Origin: Corallochytrium limacisporum Hawaii
Taxonomy: Eukaryota > Protista > Pluriformea
NCBI GenBank assembly: GCA_002811645.1
Contig: PDIP01000149.1
Location: forward strand, 4,024-68,023
Length of the DNA stretch: 64,000 nucleotides
Direction: 5' to 3'
The first letter of the stretch is position 1, and each line of letters begins with the position of its first letter. A program made the position numbers and the translations under genes. The notes below the pieces were generated by a model. The model was not told where the DNA came from and made no database searches. It saw only the letters and a program-made list of their open reading frames with translations. This document shows positions 1-9,523 of the stretch, in pieces.

Positions 1-1635
1 GTGCCAAAAATGAATCCTTTATTCCCTTTGTTCGCTACTGGCCCAACAACCCCCCTCACTCACTTTCCCCGGCTGTCACGGCGTATAAAATCAGATGGTG
101 GTCTCCGTTGTGATATCACTCGGGTTATTTTACTTGGGTGTTCCTTTTGACCAATTGGTACGGCACGATTGGCACACCCCCTCCCCCACCACGACGGAAT
201 TTATAAGGTACGTTCAGTACTGGTTTGGGGGCGCAGCGCGGGAAAAATAGTGCAAGAAATGCAAAACTCTTCGCGCATTCTTGTGAATGAATGGGGTCTG
301 TGCGAGGCACTGGGCCCTAGTATCAACATCGCTTATCCCTAATACTTATATTTAGTATTCAATTAGGTAACCCTCTGATATGCACGACCTATAGCTATCG
401 TTTCCCACTTCCTTGGTGTTGGGCGTTGAGAATGAAGAATGCCTGCCGACCTCCATACCCGATTTGGTCATATAGAAGAAAGAAGGGTGACATGAAAATC
501 AGTCTCTTTAGGATTACATTCAGACTATATTTCTAATGTTTCATGTATACTATATTTATTTGATTGTTGATTGTTTATATTTTTTATGAAAGATTTGAAA
601 CCCATTCAACCCCAAACAAGCTTTGGGCGATCCGAAGACCGTTTGCGGTACCTTTAAAGAGCCAAAGGAGGACACCTTCCAGGTGCTAGTACACATGTTC
701 CCTACTTTATATATGTAAGTGTGTAGGTGAGTTGCGAGGATGTACGTAATTAATTGCCGTCGCAAAGAAAAAAAGAAAAGGGAGAAAGGGGCAAAGAGAG
801 GCAAATTGGGCAGCGCACACAGACATACCACGTCCAAACACCGCTCGCTTGGTATACCTGACCGCACACGCGCCCACACTTTTGCCGAAGAGAGCAAATT
901 GCCAGAACTCTTTCATGCAACAGTCTCAACAGTAGAAAACGAAAGGGGGGGGGGGAAACGACCGGTTCTTCAACCCGTCGAAACCTGAGAGAGTAAAGAG
1001 CGGGGCCTTTCGACCAAGAGAAGGGTAGGTGGTCCCATTTCCGAAGATGCCCAGGCGACCAAAGCGGAAACGGAGGAGTCAAAGAAAGGCATCCCCCTAT
1101 CCATCTAAGGCATACATTTTGTATTGATGATATGTACTTACCTAGTAATGGCGTTGCTGATGCAACTCTCGAAATGTATGTGGTGGTAGCGGTAATGGGT
1201 AGCGAGTTTCTTACAATTCGGTGGTAGTTTTCGTTATTTTCTGCCGTAATTTCGCTATCCCGCCGAGTCTCCCGAGTGACACCGCGATCAACCCGGCCGG
1301 GAGAAAGGGGGGGGGAGAGAAGGGGAGAGAACACAGGCAGGATTTGGTGCGACAGTTCGACCAGGAAGACTTGGCTCACAATTATTGCGAGTTTTTAGTG
1401 CAGAAAAAAAAGAAAAAAGAAAAATGAAGCAAAAAAAAGAAAAAGGGTGGTCTGCTGTCACCTTCTACCTACCGCCATTAAAACAGACTCCGGATCCTTG
1501 GACACAAAAAAAAATAATGGGCTCAGAAGGCCCCCGCGCCGTATATTGCTACGCACAGTGTGTGATGTCCGACACACGACCTTTTCAAAAAAAAAAAAAA
1601 AGAAATGGGTGTCCCTCCACCGGCACGAGAACCCC

Positions 1636-1637
<2 letters not shown>

Positions 1638-1716
<79 letters not shown>
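1638..1716. repeat. (TG)n microsatellite, about 39 units
   Basis: Uninterrupted TG dinucleotide run; explains the spurious CVCV/HTHT ORFs. Confidence 0.98.
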
Positions 1717-1718
<2 letters not shown>

Positions 1719-2274
1719 CTTTGGTAGCCGATCGCCCAAACCACGCAAAACGTCCGCGGTGGTTCTTGCGTTTTTGTATTTTTTTTTTCCCGTGGTGGGC
1801 GGGGAAAGCGTGTGTTCTCCGACGAACCCGAACACTCGAACGGGCCCGCAGAGCGCCCAAAAGAGCACCGTTGTGCGCCATATAAAGTCAAAGACCTGCG
1901 GAACGGAAAGTACGCTATTCCCTCAACACAACACAACCCCCAAACCCCCCTGCCCGCTGTCAATGGGGACCCCGGAGACTGGGGGAGGGTCGGGAGTGCT
2001 TGCGTGAGTTGAGTGCAAAGCATCCAAAGTCTACGAGCACGGTGCTTCGAGAGGATGTGAGACACATCAACATGCATCCTTCCCATCAGTGTGTATCGGC
2101 CCTAAATAAACTACATCGTTGCAACCAATACGCACACGCATCGTTGTCAGTACTACGTTGGTAATTGGTAGTGAAGCCGGTATGTGCGTACGGACGTGCG
2201 GAGGTGGTAGTGGTACAGGTATGGGTCTATTGTGTAGGTTGTGTGGAATAGCCACGTTCATCGCACTTAATTCC

Positions 2275-4854
2275 CTACCCGAGCAATGATCGCACCGTGT
2301 CAAAGGAGAGATCGAAGGTCGCCTTAGACTTGTTGATTCGACGAGTGTCCTGTGAGATGACGATGCCGTGCTGCAGTAGGGACTTGGATTCGCGCCGTTT
2401 GCGTTCGCTGATTTCCTTAACTCGGTTCTCGATTGATTCGGCTACGAGCAGATGGTGGACTGTAACCCATTCGCGCTGGTTTCCCTGACGAAGCACACGA
2501 GCAATGGCCTGGTCCTCTACGGACGGGGTGAACCACGGATCTAGGAGGATGACTGTGTCACCGTTGTGCAGGTTGATGCCTTCCCCTGCTGCTTTGTAAT
2601 TGACCAAAATGACTTTGATGCACCCCTCTGAACTCTCATCTGAGTCTTCTTGCTGGTCATTGAACCATTTTATATGCCGCTGGCGGTCTGTGCCATTCGT
2701 GCTGCCGTCGATGCGACGGATTTGCACAAATTTGCGGTATCCGGACGCTTCTTTGACACACACGTCTGCCTTGTCCAGGCCGCCATTCCACTGGCTGAAG
2801 ATGACGACCCTCGGGAGGCTACTACCCGTGGTCTGCTCTCTTTTTAGCACTGGGTCGGAGTCACCATTTTCAGGCATTTCTCGCTTTCGAGACCACATGC
2901 CATTATTGCGGTCCGCTGGATACACGGTAAAGATGTTCCGGAGAACCTCAACCAATCGCTCCAGCTTGGAGGATGAGCCAGTGACAACGGGGCGCTTCGA
3001 TGACAACGCTGAATCGCGGGCCTTGTCTGCAATCCAAGCCTTAAGCTTTGGGGGCAGGGCTCGCAGAACGTGCTCTTTGCGCAGGACGCGGCCAGAAAGG
3101 TTGCCATCTCCGTTATTTTCAAACATAGTCTCCTCGTCCTCTTCTGTGGTAAGAAGTAGATCGGCAGCCACGCAGATGCGGCGCATCAGCAGTACACCAC
3201 CGTGAACTGACACAAAGTCCAGGGTCTGGTTGCTTTCTTCGATGGAGAGTACATAGTCCTTGACAATATCACGAATCAGGTTGTAGACTGCTTCCTCTCT
3301 GGGGTCACACTGGCCAAGCTTGATGTGATGGTATTCATCGTGCCGCTTGGGGATGGTTTCTTTCAGCCATTGGTCATTTGTCCGCCTCAGCAGCAGGCTG
3401 TTCATCCACATTTCTATGAGACCTGAATCCCGTGGGGACATGGCATTGCAGTTATACTTCGGCAGCTTGGACATGTCCTCATAATCCCTCCACTCCACCA
3501 GCGCATCATTACGTGTAAAAATGCGGTTCCACCGGGCCTTTACCCCAAAGCGTTCTTCGTAGAGCGCCTTATCACGCAAACCCAAGAAGTCTACCATCTG
3601 AGAGTATAGATCTCGGGGGGAATTGCGGTACGGTGATCCGCTTAGGATCCATTTGTGTTGGCCACGTAGAGACGCCAGCGCCTTCAATGTGCCCGAATTG
3701 TGATTTGCAATGTGGTGGCCCTCGTCGCACACCACACGGTGCCAGTGGATGTCTTGGAACTGCTTGACTTTGTTTCTGAGCGTATCGTAAGTTGTCAGGA
3801 CCAGGAGTATTGATGAATCATATTCGGAACCTCCTTCCTTCCCCTCAGGGTCCTCGTCATCATGATCATCACCGGTGTCAGAAGGCAAAATCGACCAAGT
3901 GCCCGTTCCTGAAGATGCATGGGCAATGTGCATCTGCATTTTTCCGCCATCCTTCAGCAGAAAGACATCGTCAGTCTCAGAGGTCGACACATTCTTGTCG
4001 GCAAGGAACTTGTGCGCCTCAGCTCGCCACTGGTGCAGCACAGAAAGTTTGCAGACTATGAGATTCGCCCTAGTCCCGGAACACGACCGATGAGCCAGGA
4101 TTAGCATTAGTGCCTGCAATGTCTTGCCGAGACCCATCTCGTCAGCCAGGATTCCACCACTGACTCCGAAGTACATCAGTTGTTCCCTCATCCACATCCA
4201 TTCAATGCCATCTAATTGGTGCCGCTTCAGTCGGAACGGATCCTCAAGATACCTCCGTTCGAGGTTCTGCAGGCGCAGGTGGCTGAGCAGGTGGGACTCA
4301 ACATCACCCACAAGCCCCTGCTCTTCGGGCAACAAGAACTGAGCTGGTCTTAACTCCTGCCAATGTTGCATCCACAGCTTGGACATGTAGTCCACGAAGC
4401 ATACTCGAGTCAGACTGTTGTCCCAGGATGGATATAAAGCTGATCCAACACTCGTCTCGTTGTACGCACGACGCGCGAGAGTGCCGTGGCTGATATAGAC
4501 GGTCTCATTGGGCGCACAGTTGAGGAGAGTTCCAGCGCTTTGCAGTTCCTTCGCAATCCGTTTTTCATCTGACTGGTACCAATGGTTGAGTAAGGTTGCA
4601 AGTTGGAAATGGTCATAGTACATCTCATACTCAATCGTAGGCATACAAGGGACCCCAGGATTCTTGTTGTCCGCTGACTTCACGTTGCTATCATGTTTCT
4701 GCGGAGCGGCACAGACGTGCACATCGATCACGACACTGCTCTTGCCATTTGTCGGACTAAATTCCAACCCTTTGTAACGCTGAGGCGTGCATTCTACATT
4801 GATCTTTGTCCCGAAGCATAGCGAGGACAGGAGATCGCTGTCTACGACCAGCAT
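2275..4854 (-). CDS. SNF2-family ATPase/helicase, Rad5/Rad16/TTF2-like, no obvious RING finger
   Basis: GGILADEMGLGKT (motif I), TTYDTL, WHRVVCDEGHHI (motif II), WILSGSPYRN (motif III), VVIFSQW, EGINL, DPWFTPSVEDQAIARVLRQG (motif VI). Start uncertain: frame is open to 4938, first ATG at 4854. Confidence 0.9.
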   Translation of the reverse strand: MLVVDSDLLSSLCFGTKINVECTPQRYKGLEFSPTNGKSSVVIDVHVCAAPQKHDSNVKSADNKNPGVPCMPTIEYEMYYDHFQLATLLNHWYQSDEKRIAKELQSAGTLLNCAPNETVYISHGTLARRAYNETSVGSALYPSWDNSLTRVCFVDYMSKLWMQHWQELRPAQFLLPEEQGLVGDVESHLLSHLRLQNLERRYLEDPFRLKRHQLDGIEWMWMREQLMYFGVSGGILADEMGLGKTLQALMLILAHRSCSGTRANLIVCKLSVLHQWRAEAHKFLADKNVSTSETDDVFLLKDGGKMQMHIAHASSGTGTWSILPSDTGDDHDDEDPEGKEGGSEYDSSILLVLTTYDTLRNKVKQFQDIHWHRVVCDEGHHIANHNSGTLKALASLRGQHKWILSGSPYRNSPRDLYSQMVDFLGLRDKALYEERFGVKARWNRIFTRNDALVEWRDYEDMSKLPKYNCNAMSPRDSGLIEMWMNSLLLRRTNDQWLKETIPKRHDEYHHIKLGQCDPREEAVYNLIRDIVKDYVLSIEESNQTLDFVSVHGGVLLMRRICVAADLLLTTEEDEETMFENNGDGNLSGRVLRKEHVLRALPPKLKAWIADKARDSALSSKRPVVTGSSSKLERLVEVLRNIFTVYPADRNNGMWSRKREMPENGDSDPVLKREQTTGSSLPRVVIFSQWNGGLDKADVCVKEASGYRKFVQIRRIDGSTNGTDRQRHIKWFNDQQEDSDESSEGCIKVILVNYKAAGEGINLHNGDTVILLDPWFTPSVEDQAIARVLRQGNQREWVTVHHLLVAESIENRVKEISERKRRESKSLLQHGIVISQDTRRINKSKATFDLSFDTVRSLLG

Positions 4855-6459
4855 TTCATGAATCCAAGTGATCGCCTGGTTAGCATTCTTCCCATTGCAG
4901 AAAGTACAGGACGACACACTGATCTTCAAATTAACTCTCTAGTATTGCATGGTTGAGAGAACGGCGCGGGCACTAGTTCATACAGAGGATTAAATAGTGG
5001 ACAGCGTCAAAGACAGCCACTTGCGGAGTATCTCCTTGCGCTACATGAGACAAAGCCGGGCATTGGAATCGTGTGATGGTATTCTCCCTGGCCTCTGGGA
5101 TTGGCCACCGAAGTTGATCAATACAATCAATGGATTTACGAATCCATTGTCCGATGGAGTGTGCACACAGTATGAACTGTTTTGTATTGATCAATCCAAA
5201 CTGCATATCTACGCAGGAATTCTGCCCCAAACGTTGTACAAACACACACAACGAAATCAGCCCTACCTTTCGAATATGTTCTTCTATAGTGAATGGCTCA
5301 AAGTTTCCGATGATTGTATTTTGATTCCCACACTCAGGTGGGTCCAAGCCCTGCATCTCTTCACACAATGGTGTCGAATGACATAAGAGTGGAACCGCCA
5401 CTCCCCGCCTGTGCATACAATGACAAATGTGTACGCTCCATTTTGCGGTGGTTACGCATCGCGGAGAGGCTGAACCCGAACCCGCAATAGTGCTGCCCTG
5501 CGCCATTTGCATTTTAATTTGTCAAACATTTTATTAACTTTAAAAATGTCCGTATATTTTATACACGTCCGCACCTGAAGCTTTCCACCGGCCGGTACAT
5601 TCACTACCGAATGGCCGTCCCTGCGAAGTTTGCTCCAATGCAGAGACCCAGTGCCGGGCAAGAACTTCGATAATGAATGTACTGAGTTTCCCACCGAGCT
5701 CCAGACCGATGCCCGACCATTCCGGACCGCGAGAGGAATCGCACGGAGAGAATTCGGGGGGGGGGGTGCCCAAGCCGCCCCTTCCCGTTTTCTCCAATCT
5801 TGCGAACACACCCAACCGGTAAACCCTTTGATTCCAAAGTAATCCATACATTTATTACGAATGGTGCCGGTTGTCCCAGCGATGGGGACGTGTGCAGCCG
5901 TGCACGGTCCAGAGCCAAGAGATCACGGTTTCTTCAAAATTTCACCGGCAGTAGCCTTTGTACCCACGCGCAATCGGTGGCTGAGCCCAGAGTTTGTGGG
6001 TGCTGACACAACTGACCCGGGCAACTGGGCGGCCGGGGAGGGCGGTGGTTTTGTGGGGCCTTGTGAGTCACTAACGGGCTCGTTCCGCAGAGTGGCTCCG
6101 TCTTTCGTTTTTCGACTGCAGACTGTGTGCAATGGACAATTGTATTGAAGCAGTGATGTTGTAATTTCTTCACCGCACTGATAAGCAATCGTCGTGGTCA
6201 TCACGGTTCACCATTGAGGAATCTGTAACTGCGGGTCACCTGCCCGTGGAGCCGAGGTGAGTTCACGGCAATGGGCCGGCTATTTGGGACGTGTGCACGG
6301 TGGACCAGTGATATTTTGTGCACCCTAACGAGTTCCAGTGTCTACAATGACCTTATAATTAAAGAATTTCGGTATGCATATTTGAATGGTATGAGACTAG
6401 TTACAGCTTCGGGAACACTTGAGTGAAATTGAGTATAAGGTCAAGCGTGGAACAACTTA

Positions 6460-7581
6460 ATGAGTTCACAAATCACAGACAACTCAATGGCCCTTGGTCA
6501 AAACGCCCGGCAGCAGGTGCACCATGCCACTGAGGCGGCGGAAAAAATTGTGGCGCTGACTCCGGTCCAACAAATGATTAGCAGCTGTTCAGGGGCATTC
6601 CTCACTAGCATGTTGATGACACCTTTTGACGTCGTCAAGACAAGGCTTCAGGCTCAGGAGCATTCCATCACAGCCTCCATTGCAGGAGAAGATTGCAAGT
6701 ATGTAGTTTTTCGAAATGGTCTCATGGAACAGTACGTAGAACGCTGTACTGTCTGCGGAAATACGCCGGGGTCGACAACATTGGAGGCATGTGCAGCAAG
6801 GCCTGTGCGGTTGAACGGTACATGGGACGCTATGGTCAAGATCAGCGAATCGGAAGGTATCACCGCACTATGGCGTGGTTTACCCCCTACCCTGGTCATG
6901 GCTGTACCTGCGACCGTCATTTATTTTACGGGATATGAACAATTGAAAGCACTATACGAGCGCAGGAGTGTAAGCCAAAGTTACGCACCCCTCCTCGCCG
7001 GAGCCAGTGCCCGTGTCTTTAGCGCAACCTTCGTGAGCCCTCTGGAGCTGATTCGCACGAAAATGCAAGCCGCTAGGAACCATGGTTTCCGCAAGGTCTT
7101 CACTATTGTGAAACAACAGGCGCACGACGCCGGAATAACCTCACTGTGGCGAGGCTTGACGCCGACACTGCTGCGCGACGTCCCGTTCAGTGCAATGTAC
7201 TTTTCCGGTTACGAGTATCTGAAGCCACGTTTCCGATCATCACTGCAGCAGCGATTTGGTGGAGATCATCTGTTCCTTAGCGCCTTCCTGTCTGGTGCAA
7301 CGTCGGGTGCCTTCAGTGCGTTTGTGACCACACCGTTCGACGTGATCAAGACCAAGATGCAAGCCGACCAGATAACTGGACCCTACGAGCCCAACGCACG
7401 CATCAAGCCGGCAATGGAGGTTACTCGGGATATTTACCGCCACCAGGGCATCCGTGGATTCTTTGTCGGACTCTCACCACGCCTGGCAAAAGTTGCGCCG
7501 GCTTGTGCCATCATGATTAGCTCCTACGAGACAACCAAGAAGATCTTCCGCGACTACAATCATCAGGAAGCCATCGCGTAG
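6460..7581 (+). CDS. SLC25A40: Mitochondrial carrier SLC25A39/40 (Mtm1-like; glutathione import)
   Basis: Three PX[D/E]XX[K/R] carrier repeats (PFDVVKTRLQ, PLELIRTKMQ, PFDVIKTKMQ) plus family-typical LWRGLPPTLVMAVPATVIYF, LLRDVPFSAMY and KVAPACAIMISSYE. Cannot distinguish A39 from A40. Confidence 0.93.
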   Translation: MSSQITDNSMALGQNARQQVHHATEAAEKIVALTPVQQMISSCSGAFLTSMLMTPFDVVKTRLQAQEHSITASIAGEDCKYVVFRNGLMEQYVERCTVCGNTPGSTTLEACAARPVRLNGTWDAMVKISESEGITALWRGLPPTLVMAVPATVIYFTGYEQLKALYERRSVSQSYAPLLAGASARVFSATFVSPLELIRTKMQAARNHGFRKVFTIVKQQAHDAGITSLWRGLTPTLLRDVPFSAMYFSGYEYLKPRFRSSLQQRFGGDHLFLSAFLSGATSGAFSAFVTTPFDVIKTKMQADQITGPYEPNARIKPAMEVTRDIYRHQGIRGFFVGLSPRLAKVAPACAIMISSYETTKKIFRDYNHQEAIA

Positions 7582-8713
7582 TGCATGGTTCCTGAGTCTA
7601 ACCAGAGCGCTCTGTAGCATCAAGAGCCTATGCCATTCACCCTTCTGCTTTTGCATCCATCATTCTCTGTTCTAAATTTACAACATTTCATCATAACTTC
7701 AAAGCATGTACTTCAATCCTCCATACATCATCGTTTATGCGAAGCAGATCCTAGAGCAATAAAATCGCCGTTTGCCCATACACAGCTGTTCTTCTTCGTC
7801 ACAGACTAGATCCCATCCTTTTGCGCTTCTATCCGATGCGCATGACCGTCGTCAAATGGGCATAACCATCGACAAACATCATACCCGTTGGCCCATAGCG
7901 GTTCCCGTCACCACAAGGGTTTCCACTAACGAATCCATCCACTATCACCAGGGACCCATCGGAGAGCGAGAAGCGGGCGGGATTGTCTGGGCACACTACT
8001 GCGCGAGGAAAAACTTGTTGGAAAAATCTAGAGCCTCCGCCGCATCATCGATGCAAAATGTAAACCCACCGGAGATAGTGATACGATGGGAGGGCGAGTT
8101 GGGACTCGCCACACTGGCGGCGCGCACAAGCGAGGTCTATTTTCCAATGCTGTTCTCCTGCGCTGGTACCAGTACATCACGCGGGGGCAGAAACTTGGAG
8201 AAGAGAAGGTCCCCCCCCCCCCAAAGGGAGAAGGGGAAAAGTTCCCCGAACAAAAAATTATCCTCGAGAACATTTCGCCGCGAACGAACTCACAGTGGAA
8301 GCCGGGGGAACGGGTAGTAGAAAGATTCTCTACGAACAAAAGGGAGAAAAATGGCCTGACCCACCCTCCGTCTCTTTTGCCCGGGGGACAGAGAGGTTGG
8401 GTCGGGCGCTGCCGTGTCTCCCCCCGTCGTTGGTCCCGTGGCTGCAGGGCCGAACTGGAGAGACACCTTTGGCCATTGGAGTTGGTAGATGCGTGTGTAA
8501 TCGTGCAATATTTTGGCTGTTTGCTTCTTTGCGAATGTGCCTATTGAACTCCAATTATCTCATTTAGATTGATGCGTAATGAATCATGAAGGTAGATCAA
8601 AGGGGAACGCAGGAGAGTAGCGGAACATGCTTTTTCTCGTCACGACAGGTCTTCCATTTGCGGAAATCACTTTGGAAATAATCAAGCCCTTGTGCATTCA
8701 ACTCGTTGTAAAT

Positions 8714-8992
8714 ATGAGCACAGTCAAGGTATTTATCAACTATTGTGGCGCGTGAGGCTACTCTGGAAAGGCTGGGGAAATTCAAATGATGATCGAGAAT
8801 AAATTTGGACCGGACGACTTTGATTTTGATCTTCGGTCTGACGGGAGGATTGCAACGGGTCGTCTGGAGGTCACCATCGACGGCAAGCTGGTGCACTCCA
8901 AATCAAGAGGAGATGGTTACGTTAACACTCCGCAAAAAAAGCAAAACATTCTTGATGCTGCCGAAGCAGCCTTGCAAGGCGCCGGCCTCTAA
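8714..8992 (+). CDS. SELENOW: Selenoprotein W (Rdx family), 92 aa, Sec encoded by in-frame TGA at 8753-8755
   Basis: Reads MSTVKVFINYCGA-U-GYSGKAGEIQMMIENKF...TGRLEVTIDGKLVHSKSRGDGYVNTPQK. The YCGAUGY, TGxFEV-like and LVHSKxxGDGYV motifs are SelW hallmarks. In frame with ORF-track fragment 8786..8992. Confidence 0.93.
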
Positions 8993-9076
8993 AGAATTGA
9001 GGCCCGTTTGAGCTGATCAGGGAATAGGGTGATGACGTAGGGATCTATGTGTATCAATCACTGGGAACTGCAGACG

Positions 9077-9149
9077 ATGACGAATCCAGCCTTGTAAAAC
9101 CTTCATTTCACCTGTGTTTGTCACGATGACCTGGCTGTTGTATTCTGAC
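9077..9149 (+). promoter_or_regulatory. Candidate SECIS element in the SelW 3' UTR (non-canonical, long apical part)
   Basis: AUGA (9077-9080), then GAAU-C-CAGCC pairing with GGCUG/UUGU-AUUC (9133-9145), unpaired AAAA (9096-9099), and U-GA-C (9146-9149) forming the GA/AG core. Spacing is longer than the canonical pattern. Confidence 0.4.
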
Positions 9150-9523
9150 AAGGAAAACAAGCTTAGCAAAGCTTCAGATGTGGATCTCATTTAAAGGTAT
9201 CGAAACGCCAGTGGACAGATTTCTCTCCCCGCCTTTTGCTGCTCCATCGGTGAAGTATTTCTTTATCCCTCGAGGTCTTGGTGGTTTCCTTTTCTTGAAT
9301 TGGTATCTTACATTGCACTCTCTTCCCGCTATCGTTAAACGCCGTGTCGCGCACCAAGAATATTGTACATTACATGTTTCTAAAGTCGCAGAGTGGTTAT
9401 ATCAACATTTCAAAAGACATTCTTCCTTGTGTATGCGAATGTTCTATGCTATATACTTCTATGTAATAATGTTGAAACTTATGCTAGAATGAAACACGTG
9501 TGTGTTTGCTTTGATTAACAGTT

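Noticed and set aside
1134-1145. TACTTACCT resembling the U1 snRNA 5' end
   Set aside because: No U1 stem-loops, 70K/U1A loops or clear Sm site follow.
1385-2086. Overlapping ORFs with CVCV/HTHT runs
   Set aside because: Artefacts of the (TG)n microsatellite.
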